Positions 1 to 9,831 of a DNA stretch of 64,000 nucleotides are shown here, in pieces. Below the pieces are notes generated by a model. It searched no databases and had not been told where the DNA came from. It saw only the letters and a list, made by a program, of their open reading frames with translations. Origin of the DNA: an uncultured Comamonas sp. GTDB lineage: Bacteria; Pseudomonadota; Gammaproteobacteria; Burkholderiales; Burkholderiaceae_C. Each line of letters opens with the position of its first letter. Position 1 is the first letter of the stretch. The position numbers and the translations under genes are program-made. The stretch spans positions 2,445-66,444 of the forward strand of contig CABIIJ010000060.1 in the NCBI GenBank assembly GCA_902175065.1. The letters are read 5' to 3'.

Positions 1-906
1 GAACGCATGGGCGAAGGCGACCTGACCGTGCAGACCCACGACAGCCGCCGCGACGAATTCGGCGTGCTGCTGCGGGCGCTGTCGCACATGGCGGGCCGGT
101 TGCAGACCTTGATCGGGGAGGTGCACCAGGGCGTCAATACCGTCTCCCTGGCGTCCAGCGAGATTGCCAACGGCAACCAGGACCTGTCCATGCGCACCGA
201 GCAGACGGCCTCCAGCCTGCAGCAAACCTCGGCCAGCATGGAGCAGATCACCGCCACCGTGGCCCAATCGGTGGAAACCGCCCAGCAGGCCAACCTGCTG
301 GCCGGGCAGTCGGCGCAGGCCGCGCAGCGCGGCAGCGCGGTGATGGAGCAGGTGGTCGGCAGCATGGCCCGCATCACGGAATCGAGCCGCAAGATCAACG
401 ACATCATCGGCGTCATCGACGGCATCGCCTTCCAGACCAACATCCTGGCGCTGAACGCCGCCGTCGAGGCCGCCCGCGCGGGCGAACAAGGGCGCGGCTT
501 TGCCGTGGTGGCCAGCGAAGTGCGGGCGCTGGCAGGCCGCTCTGCCGACGCGGCCAAGGAGATCAAGACGCTGATCGGCGCCTCGGTCGACACGGTGCAG
601 ACCGGCTCCGCCCAGGTGGCCGAAGCAGGCCAGACGATGGACGAAATCGTCCAGGGCGTGCGCCGTGTCGGCGACCTCATCAGCGAAATCACCGCCTCCG
701 CAGGCGAGCAGCGCGACGGTATCACCCAGGTGAAGGTCGCCGTCACGCAACTCGACCAGATGACCCAGCAGAACGCCGCCCTGGTGGAAGAATCGGCCGC
801 CGCAGCCGCCGCCCTGCGCGAGCAGGCCGCCCGACTGGAGCAGGTCATCAGCGTCTTTGAAGTCGGCAGCCCCGCCCGCCGCACGCCCCCGGCACTGGCC
901 GCCTGA
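1..906 (+). CDS. Methyl-accepting chemotaxis protein, C-terminal part (5' end outside window)
   Basis: HAMP tail plus MCP signalling motif [34 protein letters not shown]; frame is open from base 1. Confidence 0.95.
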   Translation, partial: ERMGEGDLTVQTHDSRRDEFGVLLRALSHMAGRLQTLIGEVHQGVNTVSLASSEIANGNQDLSMRTEQTASSLQQTSASMEQITATVAQSVETAQQANLLAGQSAQAAQRGSAVMEQVVGSMARITESSRKINDIIGVIDGIAFQTNILALNAAVEAARAGEQGRGFAVVASEVRALAGRSADAAKEIKTLIGASVDTVQTGSAQVAEAGQTMDEIVQGVRRVGDLISEITASAGEQRDGITQVKVAVTQLDQMTQQNAALVEESAAAAAALREQAARLEQVISVFEVGSPARRTPPALAA

Positions 907-913
907 GAAAATA

Positions 914-1000
914 AAAATAGCTGCTTCCGCTGACAAATAAAGGATCTCAGAATTAAAACCATCTGAAATCCAATATTCATCAGTGGAAGAAGCTATTCAA
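914..1000. repeat. Family A fixed-geometry dyad element, copy 1
   Basis: AGCT 919, CGCT 928, TCAG 947, CTGA 963, AGTG 982, AGCT 991; between convergent MCP and dinB. Confidence 0.85.
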
Positions 1001-1001
1001 T

Positions 1002-2246
1002 CTATACGCCGTCAAACAAATCCGGCGTCACTCCCCGCAGCGCAGCCGCCGGTTGCGCGGCCCCCGCATCTTCGGGCGGCGGTGCGCCCTCCTCCAGGCT
1101 GCCGACCCGCACCCCCAGCAGGCGGATGCGCTGCGCCAGCGGCGCCCGGCGCAGGCACAGCCCGGCCAGGCGGCGGATGGTGGCGGCATCCTGCACCAGG
1201 TCCTCCACGGTCATCTCGCGCGTCATGCTTTTGAAGTCGCTGAAGCGCAGCTTGATGCCCACGGTGCGCCCGCTGTAGCCGGCCCGCTGCAAATCCTCGG
1301 CCACGCGCTCGCACAGCCAGGTGAAGGTGGCGCCCAGCTCGGCCTTGTCGTGGACGGCGTGCAGGTCGCGGTCGAAGGTGGTTTCGCGGCTCATGCTCAC
1401 CGGCTCGCTGTGCGTCTCCACCGGCCTGTCGTCCAGCCCCTGCGCCGCACGGTGCAGCCACGCCCCGGTGGCCTTGCCGAAGTGCTGCACCAGCTTGTGC
1501 GCCGGATAGGCGGCCAGCTGGCCGATGGTGGTGATGCCCAGGGCCTCCAGCCTGGCATTCGCCTTGGGGCCGATACCGTTGATCTTGCGGCAGGGCAGCG
1601 GCCAGATCTTCACTTCCAGATCGTGCGGCCAGACGATGGCAATGCCGCGCGGCTTGTTGAACTCGCTGGCCATCTTGGCCAGCAGCTTGTTCGGCGCCAC
1701 GCCGATCGAGCAAGTCAGCCCCGTCGCCGCCAGGATCGCCGCCTGCAACCGCTGCGCCAGCACCAGCCCACCCGCCTCCTGGCCGCCCTCGGCGTGGGTG
1801 AAGTCGATATACACCTCGTCCACGCCCCGGTCTTCCATCACCGGGGCCAGGGCAAGAACCGCCTCCTTGAAGCGCTGCGAATAGGCGCGGTAGCGGGCAA
1901 AGTCGATGGGCAGCAAAATCGCCTGCGGGCACAACCGCGCCGCCTTCATCAGCCCCATGGCCGACCCCACGCCAAACTGCCGCGCCGCGTAGGTGGCGGT
2001 GGTGATCACCCCCCGGCCCACATAGCCGCCCAGGCGCTCGAACGCCGCCAGCGGCATCTGTCCCAGGCTGCCCCAGCGCTGCACCAGCGCCGCCTCCTGC
2101 TGCGGGGTAAAGCGGCTGCCGCCGATGACCACCGGCAGGTCCTTGAGCTGGGGATAGCGCAGCAACTCCACGGAGGCGAAAAACGCATCCATGTCCAGAT
2201 GAGCCACGCGGCGGGCGGGAGCGGAGGGAGAACGGGCAGTCGTCAC
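1002..2246 (-). CDS. dinB: DNA polymerase IV (Y family)
   Basis: HLDMDAFFASVE, YAARQFGV, GVDEVYID, SIGVAPNKLLAKMAS motifs; GTG start approximate. Confidence 0.95.
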   Translation of the reverse strand: MTTARSPSAPARRVAHLDMDAFFASVELLRYPQLKDLPVVIGGSRFTPQQEAALVQRWGSLGQMPLAAFERLGGYVGRGVITTATYAARQFGVGSAMGLMKAARLCPQAILLPIDFARYRAYSQRFKEAVLALAPVMEDRGVDEVYIDFTHAEGGQEAGGLVLAQRLQAAILAATGLTCSIGVAPNKLLAKMASEFNKPRGIAIVWPHDLEVKIWPLPCRKINGIGPKANARLEALGITTIGQLAAYPAHKLVQHFGKATGAWLHRAAQGLDDRPVETHSEPVSMSRETTFDRDLHAVHDKAELGATFTWLCERVAEDLQRAGYSGRTVGIKLRFSDFKSMTREMTVEDLVQDAATIRRLAGLCLRRAPLAQRIRLLGVRVGSLEEGAPPPEDAGAAQPAAALRGVTPDLFDGV

Positions 2247-2305
2247 AGCAGGCGATTGTCGCCATCCGGCGATTCAAGCGCCTCGGAACAGGCCAATCAA
2301 GCCAA

Positions 2306-3229
2306 TCAGGGCAGGCAGATCAACACCAGCCCCGCCAGCATCAAGGCGATGCCGATCTGCTCCGGGCGCGACAGGCTTTCCTTGAGCACGCGGCGCGAGA
2401 CGAGGTAGCTGAACACCACTTCGATCATGCCCAGGGTGCGCACGTCGGCCACGTTGTGCATGGCGTAGGCAGTAAACCAGGCCAGCGAGGCAGCGGCGCC
2501 CATATTCCCGGCCAGCAGGGAGGTGCGCCAGCTGCGGAAGATCGGCCCCAGGCCGGTGCGCCAGGCCACCCAACCGCCCAGGCCGATGGATTGCAGGGTC
2601 TGCGCAATCAGCACGCCCCAGGCCCCGGCCACCCAGGGGGCCACGCCATCGCCCAGCGCCAGGGCACCGCCCCGAAAACCGATGGTGGAAATGGCAAACC
2701 CCGCCCCGGCCAGCAGCCCGTACAGCGCCGACTTGCTGCACCACGCCCGCCACGACAGCATCTGCCCCTGGCGCGGCAGGCTCAGTGTGAGCACGCCCAG
2801 GGTGGCCACCAGCATGGCGGCCACGGCAATGCCGGTGGGCAGTTCGTGCAGCAGCACCACGCTGAACAGACCGACCTGCAGCACTTCGGTTTTCGACAGG
2901 GTGACGGCCACGGCAAAGTTGCGCTCCTGCATGGCCCGCAGCAGCGCAGCCGTGGCGAAGATCTGGAAGAACGCCCCCATGCCGATCCAGCCCAGGTAGG
3001 GCGCATTGAAATCCGGCAGCCGGGCCGTGCTGCCCGGCCCCCAATACAGCAGCGCCACCCAGGCAGCCGTCAGGGGCAGGCCGAACATGAAGCGCACCAG
3101 GGTGGCGGACAGGGGGCCGACTTCATCGGTCAGCGAGCGCTGCGCGGCATTGCGCACCGTCTGCGCTGCGGCGGCAAACAGGGTGCAGGGCACCCACAGC
3201 CAGGCAGTGCTGGCAAGAGAATCGGGCAT
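2306..3229 (-). CDS. DMT/EamA family transporter
   Basis: About 10 hydrophobic helices in two repeats; start taken at ATG 3229 (MPDSLAST) because the upstream extension lies inside a repeat. Confidence 0.85.
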   Translation of the reverse strand: MPDSLASTAWLWVPCTLFAAAAQTVRNAAQRSLTDEVGPLSATLVRFMFGLPLTAAWVALLYWGPGSTARLPDFNAPYLGWIGMGAFFQIFATAALLRAMQERNFAVAVTLSKTEVLQVGLFSVVLLHELPTGIAVAAMLVATLGVLTLSLPRQGQMLSWRAWCSKSALYGLLAGAGFAISTIGFRGGALALGDGVAPWVAGAWGVLIAQTLQSIGLGGWVAWRTGLGPIFRSWRTSLLAGNMGAAASLAWFTAYAMHNVADVRTLGMIEVVFSYLVSRRVLKESLSRPEQIGIALMLAGLVLICLP

Positions 3230-3236
3230 TGGAAAG

Positions 3237-3326
3237 AAAAGAGAGCACTTTGCGCTGGATTCACGCCATTTCACATATATTCAATGCGAAATATGGCGAA
3301 AACCAAGCGCAAAGCGCTCTCTTTTT
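3237..3326. repeat. Family A dyad element, copy 2 (divergent, 71-bp spacing)
   Basis: AAAAGAGAGCACTTTGCGCT...AGCGCAAAGCGCTCTCTTTT with inner CGCCAT/ATGGCG arms. Confidence 0.7.
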
Positions 3327-3348
3327 AAGAATGGCAACAGGTTCGATT

Positions 3349-3370
3349 CTAGAACCTGTCGACGTTCCTA
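3349..3370. repeat. Collapsed family B MITE remnant with CTA duplication at the livM stop codon
   Basis: CTA-GAACCTGTCGACGTTC-CTA; both ends match the termini of the 5302-5367 element. Confidence 0.55.
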
Positions 3371-4354
3371 CGGCTTGCCGCGCCCCTGCAACCAGGCAAT
3401 CAGCTCGCCCATGATGCCCCGGCGGAAGGCCAGCACGCACACGATGAAGATCAGCCCGGTGACGATGGTCACCGACTCGCCCAGGCTGCTGAACCATTCC
3501 AGCCCGGTGGTTCGGGCCAGCCAGGCGCCCAGGTCGCCGATCTTGTTCTCCAGCGCCACCACCACGGCAGCGCCGACCAGCGGGCCGCTCAAGGTGCCCA
3601 TGCCGCCGACCAGGGTCATCAGCACGACGTGGCCGGACATGCTCCAGTGAACGTCCGAAAGGGTGGCAAAACCCAGCACCAGGGTTTTCAGCGCCCCGGC
3701 CAGCCCGGCAATGGCAGCCGACAGCACAAAGGCCAGCAGCTTGAAACGGTTGGTGTCATAGCCCAGCGAGGTGGCGCGGGCCTCGTTTTCCTTGATGCCC
3801 TTGAGCACCTGCCCGAAGGGCGAGTGGATGGTGCGCACGATCAGCAGGAAGCCCACGACCACGATGGCCACGGTGACGTAGTACATCACCATGTCGTTGG
3901 ACAAATCGAGCAGGCCGAACAGCTTGCCACGCGGCACGCCTTGCAGGCCGTCCTCGCCGCCGGTAAACGGCGCTTGCAGGCAGGCAAAGAACAGCATTTG
4001 CGCCAGCGCTAGGGTAATCATGGTGGCGTAGATGCCCTGGCGGCGGATGGTGAACCAGCCCATCACCAGCCCCAGCAGCGCCCCGCTGGCAGTACCGGCG
4101 AGCAGGCCGATTTCGGGGGTGGCACTCCATTCCTTGACCACATGGCCGCAGACGTAGGCCGCGCCGCCCAGAAAGGCGGCATGGCCGAACGACAGCAGCC
4201 CGGTATAGCCCAGCAGCAGGTTGAAGGCCACGGCAAACAGGGCGAAGCACAGCAGCTTCATGACGAAAATCGGGTACGCACCGGCAAACGGCGCAACCAG
4301 CAGGGCCAGCAACAGCAGGCCGTAGCCGATGGGGGCAATTTTTTGCATCTTCAT
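3368..4354 (-). CDS. livM: Branched-chain amino acid-type ABC permease (LivM-like)
   Basis: FNLLLGYTGLLSFGHAAF, GGEDGL, GGMGTLSGPLVGA motifs. Confidence 0.9.
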   Translation of the reverse strand: MKMQKIAPIGYGLLLLALLVAPFAGAYPIFVMKLLCFALFAVAFNLLLGYTGLLSFGHAAFLGGAAYVCGHVVKEWSATPEIGLLAGTASGALLGLVMGWFTIRRQGIYATMITLALAQMLFFACLQAPFTGGEDGLQGVPRGKLFGLLDLSNDMVMYYVTVAIVVVGFLLIVRTIHSPFGQVLKGIKENEARATSLGYDTNRFKLLAFVLSAAIAGLAGALKTLVLGFATLSDVHWSMSGHVVLMTLVGGMGTLSGPLVGAAVVVALENKIGDLGAWLARTTGLEWFSSLGESVTIVTGLIFIVCVLAFRRGIMGELIAWLQGRGKP

Positions 4355-4372
4355 AGCGCTTGGGGCCCCTGT

Positions 4373-5257
4373 TTATTTTTCTTTACCGAACAGACCCGCC
4401 GGGCGGATCAGCAAAACAATGGCCATGATGACGAACACCACGGTGGACGACGCCTCGGGATAGAACACCTTGGTCAGCCCCTCGACCACACCCAGCCCCA
4501 GGCCGGTGAGGATGGAGCCCATGATGGAACCCATGCCGCCGATCACCACCACGGCGAACACCACGATGATGAGGTTCTGCCCCATCAGCGGCGTGACCTG
4601 GTAGACCGGTGCGGCCAGCACCCCGGCAAACGCGGCCAGCGCGGCGCCGAAGGCGTAGGTCAGCGTGATCATCACCGGCACGTTCACGCCGAAAGCTTCG
4701 ACCAGGCGCGGGTTTTCCGTCCCGGCACGCAGGTAGGCGCCCAGCTTGGTGCGTTCGATCACGTACCAGGTGGCCAGGCAGACGACGATCGACGCCACCA
4801 CCACCCAGGCACGGTAGTTGGGCAGGATCATGAAGCCCAGGTTGGTCGCGCCTTCGAGCAGCTCGGGCGCGTCATAGCCCAGACCGGAGACGCCGTACAT
4901 GGAGCGGAACACGCCCTCGATCACCATGGTCAGCCCCAGCGTCAGCAGCAGGCCGTACAGGTGATCAAGCTTGTAGATCCAGCGCAGCAGAAGCCGCTCG
5001 ATCACCACCCCGACGACGCCCACCAGCAGGGGGGCCAGCAGCAGCATCGCCCAGTAGTTGATTCCCAGGTACTCCATCCCCATCCAGGTGAGCAGGGCCC
5101 CCAGCATGAACAGCGCCCCATGGGCAAAGTTGATGACGTTCAGCAGGCCAAAGATCACCGCCAGCCCCAGGCTGAGAATGGCGTAGAACGAGCCATTGAC
5201 CAGCCCCAGCAGGAGCTGGCTGAGCAGCGCCGGGGCGGAGATACCGAAAATTTCCAT
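4373..5257 (-). CDS. livH: Branched-chain amino acid-type ABC permease (LivH-like)
   Basis: GLAVIFGLLNVINFAHG, VVIGGMGSIMG motifs. Confidence 0.9.
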   Translation of the reverse strand: MEIFGISAPALLSQLLLGLVNGSFYAILSLGLAVIFGLLNVINFAHGALFMLGALLTWMGMEYLGINYWAMLLLAPLLVGVVGVVIERLLLRWIYKLDHLYGLLLTLGLTMVIEGVFRSMYGVSGLGYDAPELLEGATNLGFMILPNYRAWVVVASIVVCLATWYVIERTKLGAYLRAGTENPRLVEAFGVNVPVMITLTYAFGAALAAFAGVLAAPVYQVTPLMGQNLIIVVFAVVVIGGMGSIMGSILTGLGLGVVEGLTKVFYPEASSTVVFVIMAIVLLIRPAGLFGKEK

Positions 5258-5298
5258 AGGAATGACTACTGCAAAAAGGGTTGTTCAGACGAGGGCGC

Positions 5299-5370
5299 TT
5301 AGAACCTGTTCACAGTCTCGGCGCGAGGCCGCGCCTGCACACCCGCGTGGAGGCTGTGAACACGTTCTTA
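5299..5370. mobile_element. Family B MITE, complete (66 bp, 18-bp TIR, TTA duplication)
   Basis: TTA-GAACCTGTTCACAGTCTC...GAGGCTGTGAACACGTTC-TTA; TIRs 16/18; the right TTA is the stop codon of the SBP gene. Confidence 0.8.
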
Positions 5371-6579
5371 CTTCCACAGTGCGCACTTGGACTCGGCCTG
5401 GGTCGTCCAGACCTGCTCGGCCGGCAGGGTGGCCACCACGCGGTAGTAGTCCCAGGCTTCCTTGGAGTCTTTCTGGCCCTTGACCTGCATCAGGTACATG
5501 TCGTGGGCATAGCGGCCATCGGGGCGAATCACGCCCTTGCCGTAGAAGTCGTCGATGGGGGTGGACTTGAGCTTGGCCATCACCGCATCGGCATCGATGG
5601 TGCCTGCGGCCTCCACCGCCTTGAGGTAGTTCATGGTGGCCGAGTAGTTGGCCGCCTGCACGTCGGTGGGCATACGCTTGGTCTTGGCGAAGAACTTCTT
5701 GCCGAATTCGCGGCTCTTGTCGTTCAGGTTCCAGTCCCAGCTGGTGGTCAGGTACAGGCCTTCGGTGTTCTTCAGGCCCAGGCTGTGGATGTCGGTAGAA
5801 AACACCAGCAGACCGGCCATCTTCATGTTCTTGTTGATGCCGAATTCACGCGCTGCCTTGACCGCATTCTGAAAGTCTCCCCCGGCGTTGGCCAGACCCA
5901 GGATCTGCGCCTTGGAGTTTTGCGCCTGCAGCAGGAAGGAGGAGAAGTCCGAGGCATTCAGCGGATGGCGCACATTGCCCAGCACCTGGCCGCCGCTGTC
6001 CTTGACGACCTTGACGGTATCGGCCTCCAGCGCATGGCCGAAAGCGTAGTCGGCAGTCAGGAAGAACCAGCTCTTGCCGCCGTCCTTCACCACGGCAGAA
6101 CCCGTCCCCCGGGCCAGCGCCACGGTGTCGTAGGCGTAGTGGACGGTGTAGGGCGTGCACTGCTCGTTGGTCAGCGCCGAAGAACCGGCACCGTTCACAA
6201 AGAACACGCGCTTTTTCTCGTCCGCCACCTTGGCCATCGCCAGAGCGACGCCGGAGTTGGTGCCGCCAAACAGCATGGTCAGGTTTTGCGTGTCCACCCA
6301 CTCGCGCGACTTGCTGGCGGCAATGTCGGGCTTGTTCTGGTGGTCGGCCGAGAGCAGCTCCACCGGCTTGCCCAGCACCTTGCCGCCAAAGTCGTCAATC
6401 GCCATCTGGATGGCCAGGGCGCCGTTTTTGCCATCCACGTCTGCGTACACGCTGGACATGTCGGTGATGAAACCGATCTTGACCTTCTCCTGCGCCTGGG
6501 CCTGGGCCTGGAACGCGCACAGGGCCAGGCCTGCGGCCCCCAGGGCGGCTGCCAGTGTGGTGAGTTTGCGTGTTTGCAT
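5368..6579 (-). CDS. ABC substrate-binding protein (LivK-like, Peripla_BP_6 type)
   Basis: Signal peptide, KIGFITDMSSVYAD, DHQNKPDIA motifs; start ATG 6579. Confidence 0.9.
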   Translation of the reverse strand: MQTRKLTTLAAALGAAGLALCAFQAQAQAQEKVKIGFITDMSSVYADVDGKNGALAIQMAIDDFGGKVLGKPVELLSADHQNKPDIAASKSREWVDTQNLTMLFGGTNSGVALAMAKVADEKKRVFFVNGAGSSALTNEQCTPYTVHYAYDTVALARGTGSAVVKDGGKSWFFLTADYAFGHALEADTVKVVKDSGGQVLGNVRHPLNASDFSSFLLQAQNSKAQILGLANAGGDFQNAVKAAREFGINKNMKMAGLLVFSTDIHSLGLKNTEGLYLTTSWDWNLNDKSREFGKKFFAKTKRMPTDVQAANYSATMNYLKAVEAAGTIDADAVMAKLKSTPIDDFYGKGVIRPDGRYAHDMYLMQVKGQKDSKEAWDYYRVVATLPAEQVWTTQAESKCALWK

Positions 6580-6614
6580 GTCTGTCTCCTGTTGTGGTTG
6601 GGGGAAAAACCGGG

Positions 6615-7325
6615 TCAAACGCCCAGTAACTCGGTCAGCACAGGCATTTTTTCCTGCAACTGGGTTGCGGTGAAGTGTTCGACCATGCGGCCATGCTCCA
6701 TCACGTAGAAACGGTCGGCCAGGGGCGCGGCGAAGCGGAAGTTCTGCTCCACCATCACCACCGTGAAGCCTTTTTCGCGCAGCATGGTGATCATGCGGGC
6801 CAGCGCCTGCACGATGACCGGGGCCAGCCCCTCGGAGATTTCATCGAGCAGCAGCAGCCTGGCGCCCGTGCGCAAAATCCGCGCCACCGCCAGCATCTGC
6901 TGCTCGCCCCCCGAAAGGCGCGTGCCCTGGCTGTTCTTGCGCTCGGCCAGATTGGGGAACATGCCATAGATTTCTTCAATCGACATGCTGGCATGGCCGG
7001 TTTTCAGCGGCGGCGGCAGCAGCAGGTTCTCCTCGCACGACAGACTGGAGAAAATGCCGCGCTCCTCCGGGCAATAGCCCAGCCCCAGGTGGGCGATGCG
7101 GTAAGTGGGCAGGGCAATGGTTTCCTGACCGTAGACCTTGATCGAACCCTGGCGGGCGCCCGTCAGCCCCATGATGGCGCGAAGCGTGGAAGTGCGCCCT
7201 GCGCCGTTGCGCCCCAGCAGCGTGACCACCTCGCCGGGCTGCACCACCATGTCCACGCCGTGCAGCACATGCGATTCGCCGTACCAGGCTTGCAGGCCCT
7301 TGATTTCCAGTGCGGGTGCCGTCAT
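6615..7325 (-). CDS. livF: ABC ATP-binding protein (LivF-like)
   Basis: GRNGAGRTS Walker [14 protein letters not shown]. Confidence 0.9.
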   Translation of the reverse strand: MTAPALEIKGLQAWYGESHVLHGVDMVVQPGEVVTLLGRNGAGRTSTLRAIMGLTGARQGSIKVYGQETIALPTYRIAHLGLGYCPEERGIFSSLSCEENLLLPPPLKTGHASMSIEEIYGMFPNLAERKNSQGTRLSGGEQQMLAVARILRTGARLLLLDEISEGLAPVIVQALARMITMLREKGFTVVMVEQNFRFAAPLADRFYVMEHGRMVEHFTATQLQEKMPVLTELLGV

Positions 7326-7326
7326 G

Positions 7327-8097
7327 TCAATGCGCCCCCTGCAATTCACCGTCGGTGCTGCCCATGTAGGCCTCCATCACTTGCGGGTTGCTTGAAACTT
7401 CAGCGTAATTGCCTTCGGCCAGCACGGCGCCGCGCTGCAAAACCGTAATGCGGTCGGCAATCGAGGAGATCACCTTCATGTTGTGTTCCACCATAAGGAT
7501 GGTGCGGCCCGCAGACACTTTCTTGATCAGTTGCGTGACGCGATCGACATCCTCGTGCCCCATGCCCTGGGTGGGTTCGTCCAGCAGCATCAGCTCCGGC
7601 TCCATGGCCAGGGTGGTGGCGATCTCCAGGGCACGCTTGCGGCCATAGGGCAGGTTGACGGTGATCTCGTCGGCCAGGTCTTCCAGCCCCACCTCGGCCA
7701 GCAACTGGCGGGCGCGGTCGTCCAGCTGGTGCAGGCTTTTGCTGCTGCGCCAGAAGTGGTAGCTGGTGCCCAGCTTGCGCTGCAAGGCCAGCCGCACGTT
7801 CTCCAGCAGGGTGAAGTTGGGGAACACCGCAGAAATCTGGAACGAGCGGATCACCCCCCGACGGGCAATCTGCGCCGGCTGTTCCTGGGTGATGTCCTGC
7901 CCGTTGAAAACGATGCGGCCCGAGGTCGGCACCAGGAACTTGGTCAGCAGGTTGAAGCAAGTGGTCTTGCCTGCGCCGTTCGGCCCGATGAGCGCATGGA
8001 TAGAGCCTCGGCGCACGGCCAGATTCACATCGCTGACGGCGGTGAAGCCCTTGAACTCTTTGGTCAAGCGGGAGGTTTGGAGAATCGTGTCACTCAT
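7327..8097 (-). CDS. livG: ABC ATP-binding protein (LivG-like)
   Basis: GPNGAGKTT, LPYGRKRALEIA, LDEPTQG, VEAYMG. Confidence 0.9.
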   Translation of the reverse strand: MSDTILQTSRLTKEFKGFTAVSDVNLAVRRGSIHALIGPNGAGKTTCFNLLTKFLVPTSGRIVFNGQDITQEQPAQIARRGVIRSFQISAVFPNFTLLENVRLALQRKLGTSYHFWRSSKSLHQLDDRARQLLAEVGLEDLADEITVNLPYGRKRALEIATTLAMEPELMLLDEPTQGMGHEDVDRVTQLIKKVSAGRTILMVEHNMKVISSIADRITVLQRGAVLAEGNYAEVSSNPQVMEAYMGSTDGELQGAH

Positions 8098-8220
8098 GCG
8101 CTACAGCTACAAATGGGTAAATCTGAGCGGTCGATCCTAAGTACGGTTTTCTTGCATCACATCGGGACAAGTGCCTAAGGGCAAACGGCGGTACGTTGAT
8201 CTACCTAGCCCCCATTGAAA

Positions 8221-8251
8221 AAGCCTTTTGATTCAGGCAATCAAAAGGCTT
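8221..8251. terminator. 13-bp perfect hairpin downstream of arsC
   Basis: AAGCCTTTTGATT-CAGGC-AATCAAAAGGCTT. Confidence 0.6.
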
Positions 8252-8299
8252 CTTGGCGTTGCAGCATCAGCGGTGGCTGCTATCGCATTCAAATCATTT

Positions 8300-8656
8300 T
8301 CAAAGTAATTCCAGCACCTTTTCCGGGGGACGGCACAGGGCAGCCCCCTTGGGCGTGACGACGATGGGGCGGTTGAGCAAACGCGGGTGCTGGGCGACCG
8401 CCTCGAAGATTTGCGCATCGCTCATCGCCGGGTTGTCGATGCCCAGGGCCTGGTATTGCGCCTCCTTGCTGCGCAGCAGGTCGCGCACGGGCTGGCCGAT
8501 GTGGGCGATCAGCTCGGCCAGCTCGGGGGCCGTCAAAGGGGTGGCCAGGTAGTCGATGACGGTCGGTTCGATGCCACGCTCGCGCAGCAATTGCAGGGCC
8601 CCACGCGAGTTGCTGCAGGCCGGGTTGTGGAAGATGGTGACGGTACTGGTACTCAT
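8300..8656 (-). CDS. arsC: Arsenate reductase, glutaredoxin-dependent ArsC family
   Basis: HNPACSNSR active site and RLLNRPIV motif. Confidence 0.9.
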   Translation of the reverse strand: MSTSTVTIFHNPACSNSRGALQLLRERGIEPTVIDYLATPLTAPELAELIAHIGQPVRDLLRSKEAQYQALGIDNPAMSDAQIFEAVAQHPRLLNRPIVVTPKGAALCRPPEKVLELL

Positions 8657-8828
8657 AGGGCGGCCAGTGTAGGCAAGGCAGAAAAAATTTTCATCGCCGG
8701 GTGTTTTGCCTGCATGATCTACGATGTCTGATATTCCACAAAACGCTGCTTAAATTCGCATTTCACGATGACAAAGCGGTTTTTTTGCCATTTTCACCTT
8801 CATACTTCGTGATTCAAGAGGACTTGCC

Positions 8829-9770
8829 ATGAAAAATTCTGAACGCAGCTTCGCCCGTCGCATTGACCTGACCTCGCTGCAACTGTTTGTTGCGGTGTGC
8901 GAGCTGGGCAGCATTGGCCGGGCGGCCGAGCGCGAGTACATCGCCGCCTCGGCGGTGAGCAAGCGCCTGTCCGACCTGGAAGCCGCGGTGGACACCGCCC
9001 TGCTCTACCGCCACAGCCGGGGCGTGACGCTGACGCCTGCGGGCGAGAGCCTGCTGCACCATGCCCGCAACGTGCTGTACGGGCTGGAGCGGATGCAGGG
9101 CGAACTCTCCGAATATTCCGACGGCGTGCGCGGCCATGTGCGGATGCACGCCACCATCTCGTCGATCGTGCAGTTCCTGCCCGAAGACCTGGGCAGCTTT
9201 GCCCGTGAACACAGCCAGATCAAGATCGACCTGCAAGAGCATTTGTCCGCCGACGTGCTGCAGGCCGTGCATGAGGGCACGGCCGACATCGGCATCTGCA
9301 ACATGGGCCAGACCGACCCCAACGGCCTGCAAACCCGCCCCTACCGCAACGACCACCTGGTGCTGGTCACGCCCGAAGACCACCCGCTGACCGAGCGCAG
9401 CGCCGTCGCGTTCGAAGAAGTGCTGGACTGGGACGTGGTGGGCCTGCACGGCGGCAGCTCCATCAGCCTGGCCATGCGCGGCGCGGCCACCCGCAGCGGC
9501 ACGACCCTGCGCCAGCGCATCCAGGTGACGAGCCTGGATGCCATGTGCCGCATGATCGACAACGGCCTGGGCGTGGGCCTGATTCCGCACCGCGCTTTCG
9601 AGCTGATGCACGGCGTGGGCCGCCTGCGCAGCGTGCCGCTGACCGATGCCTGGGCACAGCGCACCCTGAGCCTGGTGGCCCGCGACTTCGACGCCTTGCC
9701 GGTGACATCGCGTTTGCTGGTGGAACACCTCGGAAAAGGCTGGGAGCCAGCCGCCCCGAACGCTACCTAG
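8829..9770 (+). CDS. LysR family transcriptional regulator
   Basis: N-terminal HTH ([25 protein letters not shown]) plus substrate-binding domain. Confidence 0.95.
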   Translation: MKNSERSFARRIDLTSLQLFVAVCELGSIGRAAEREYIAASAVSKRLSDLEAAVDTALLYRHSRGVTLTPAGESLLHHARNVLYGLERMQGELSEYSDGVRGHVRMHATISSIVQFLPEDLGSFAREHSQIKIDLQEHLSADVLQAVHEGTADIGICNMGQTDPNGLQTRPYRNDHLVLVTPEDHPLTERSAVAFEEVLDWDVVGLHGGSSISLAMRGAATRSGTTLRQRIQVTSLDAMCRMIDNGLGVGLIPHRAFELMHGVGRLRSVPLTDAWAQRTLSLVARDFDALPVTSRLLVEHLGKGWEPAAPNAT

Positions 9771-9782
9771 AATCCCTCCCAC

Positions 9783-9807
9783 AGCCTGCTGCGGCAGGCT
9801 TTTTTTC
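9783..9807 (+). terminator. Intrinsic terminator between lysR and leuC
   Basis: AGCCTGC-TGCG-GCAGGCT followed by a T run. Confidence 0.75.
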
Positions 9808-9831
9808 ATCCCTACCCGAGAGTTAGCAAGC

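Noticed and set aside
2247-2305. LexA box or WYL-type site upstream of dinB
   Set aside because: No CTGT-N8-ACAG and no CGAC-N7-GTCG; only a short GGCGA-N3-TCGCC palindrome of unclear meaning
8269-8284. Possible family A right arm (AGCG-N5-TGCT) near arsC
   Set aside because: No left arm or inner TCAR/YTGA at the expected offsets
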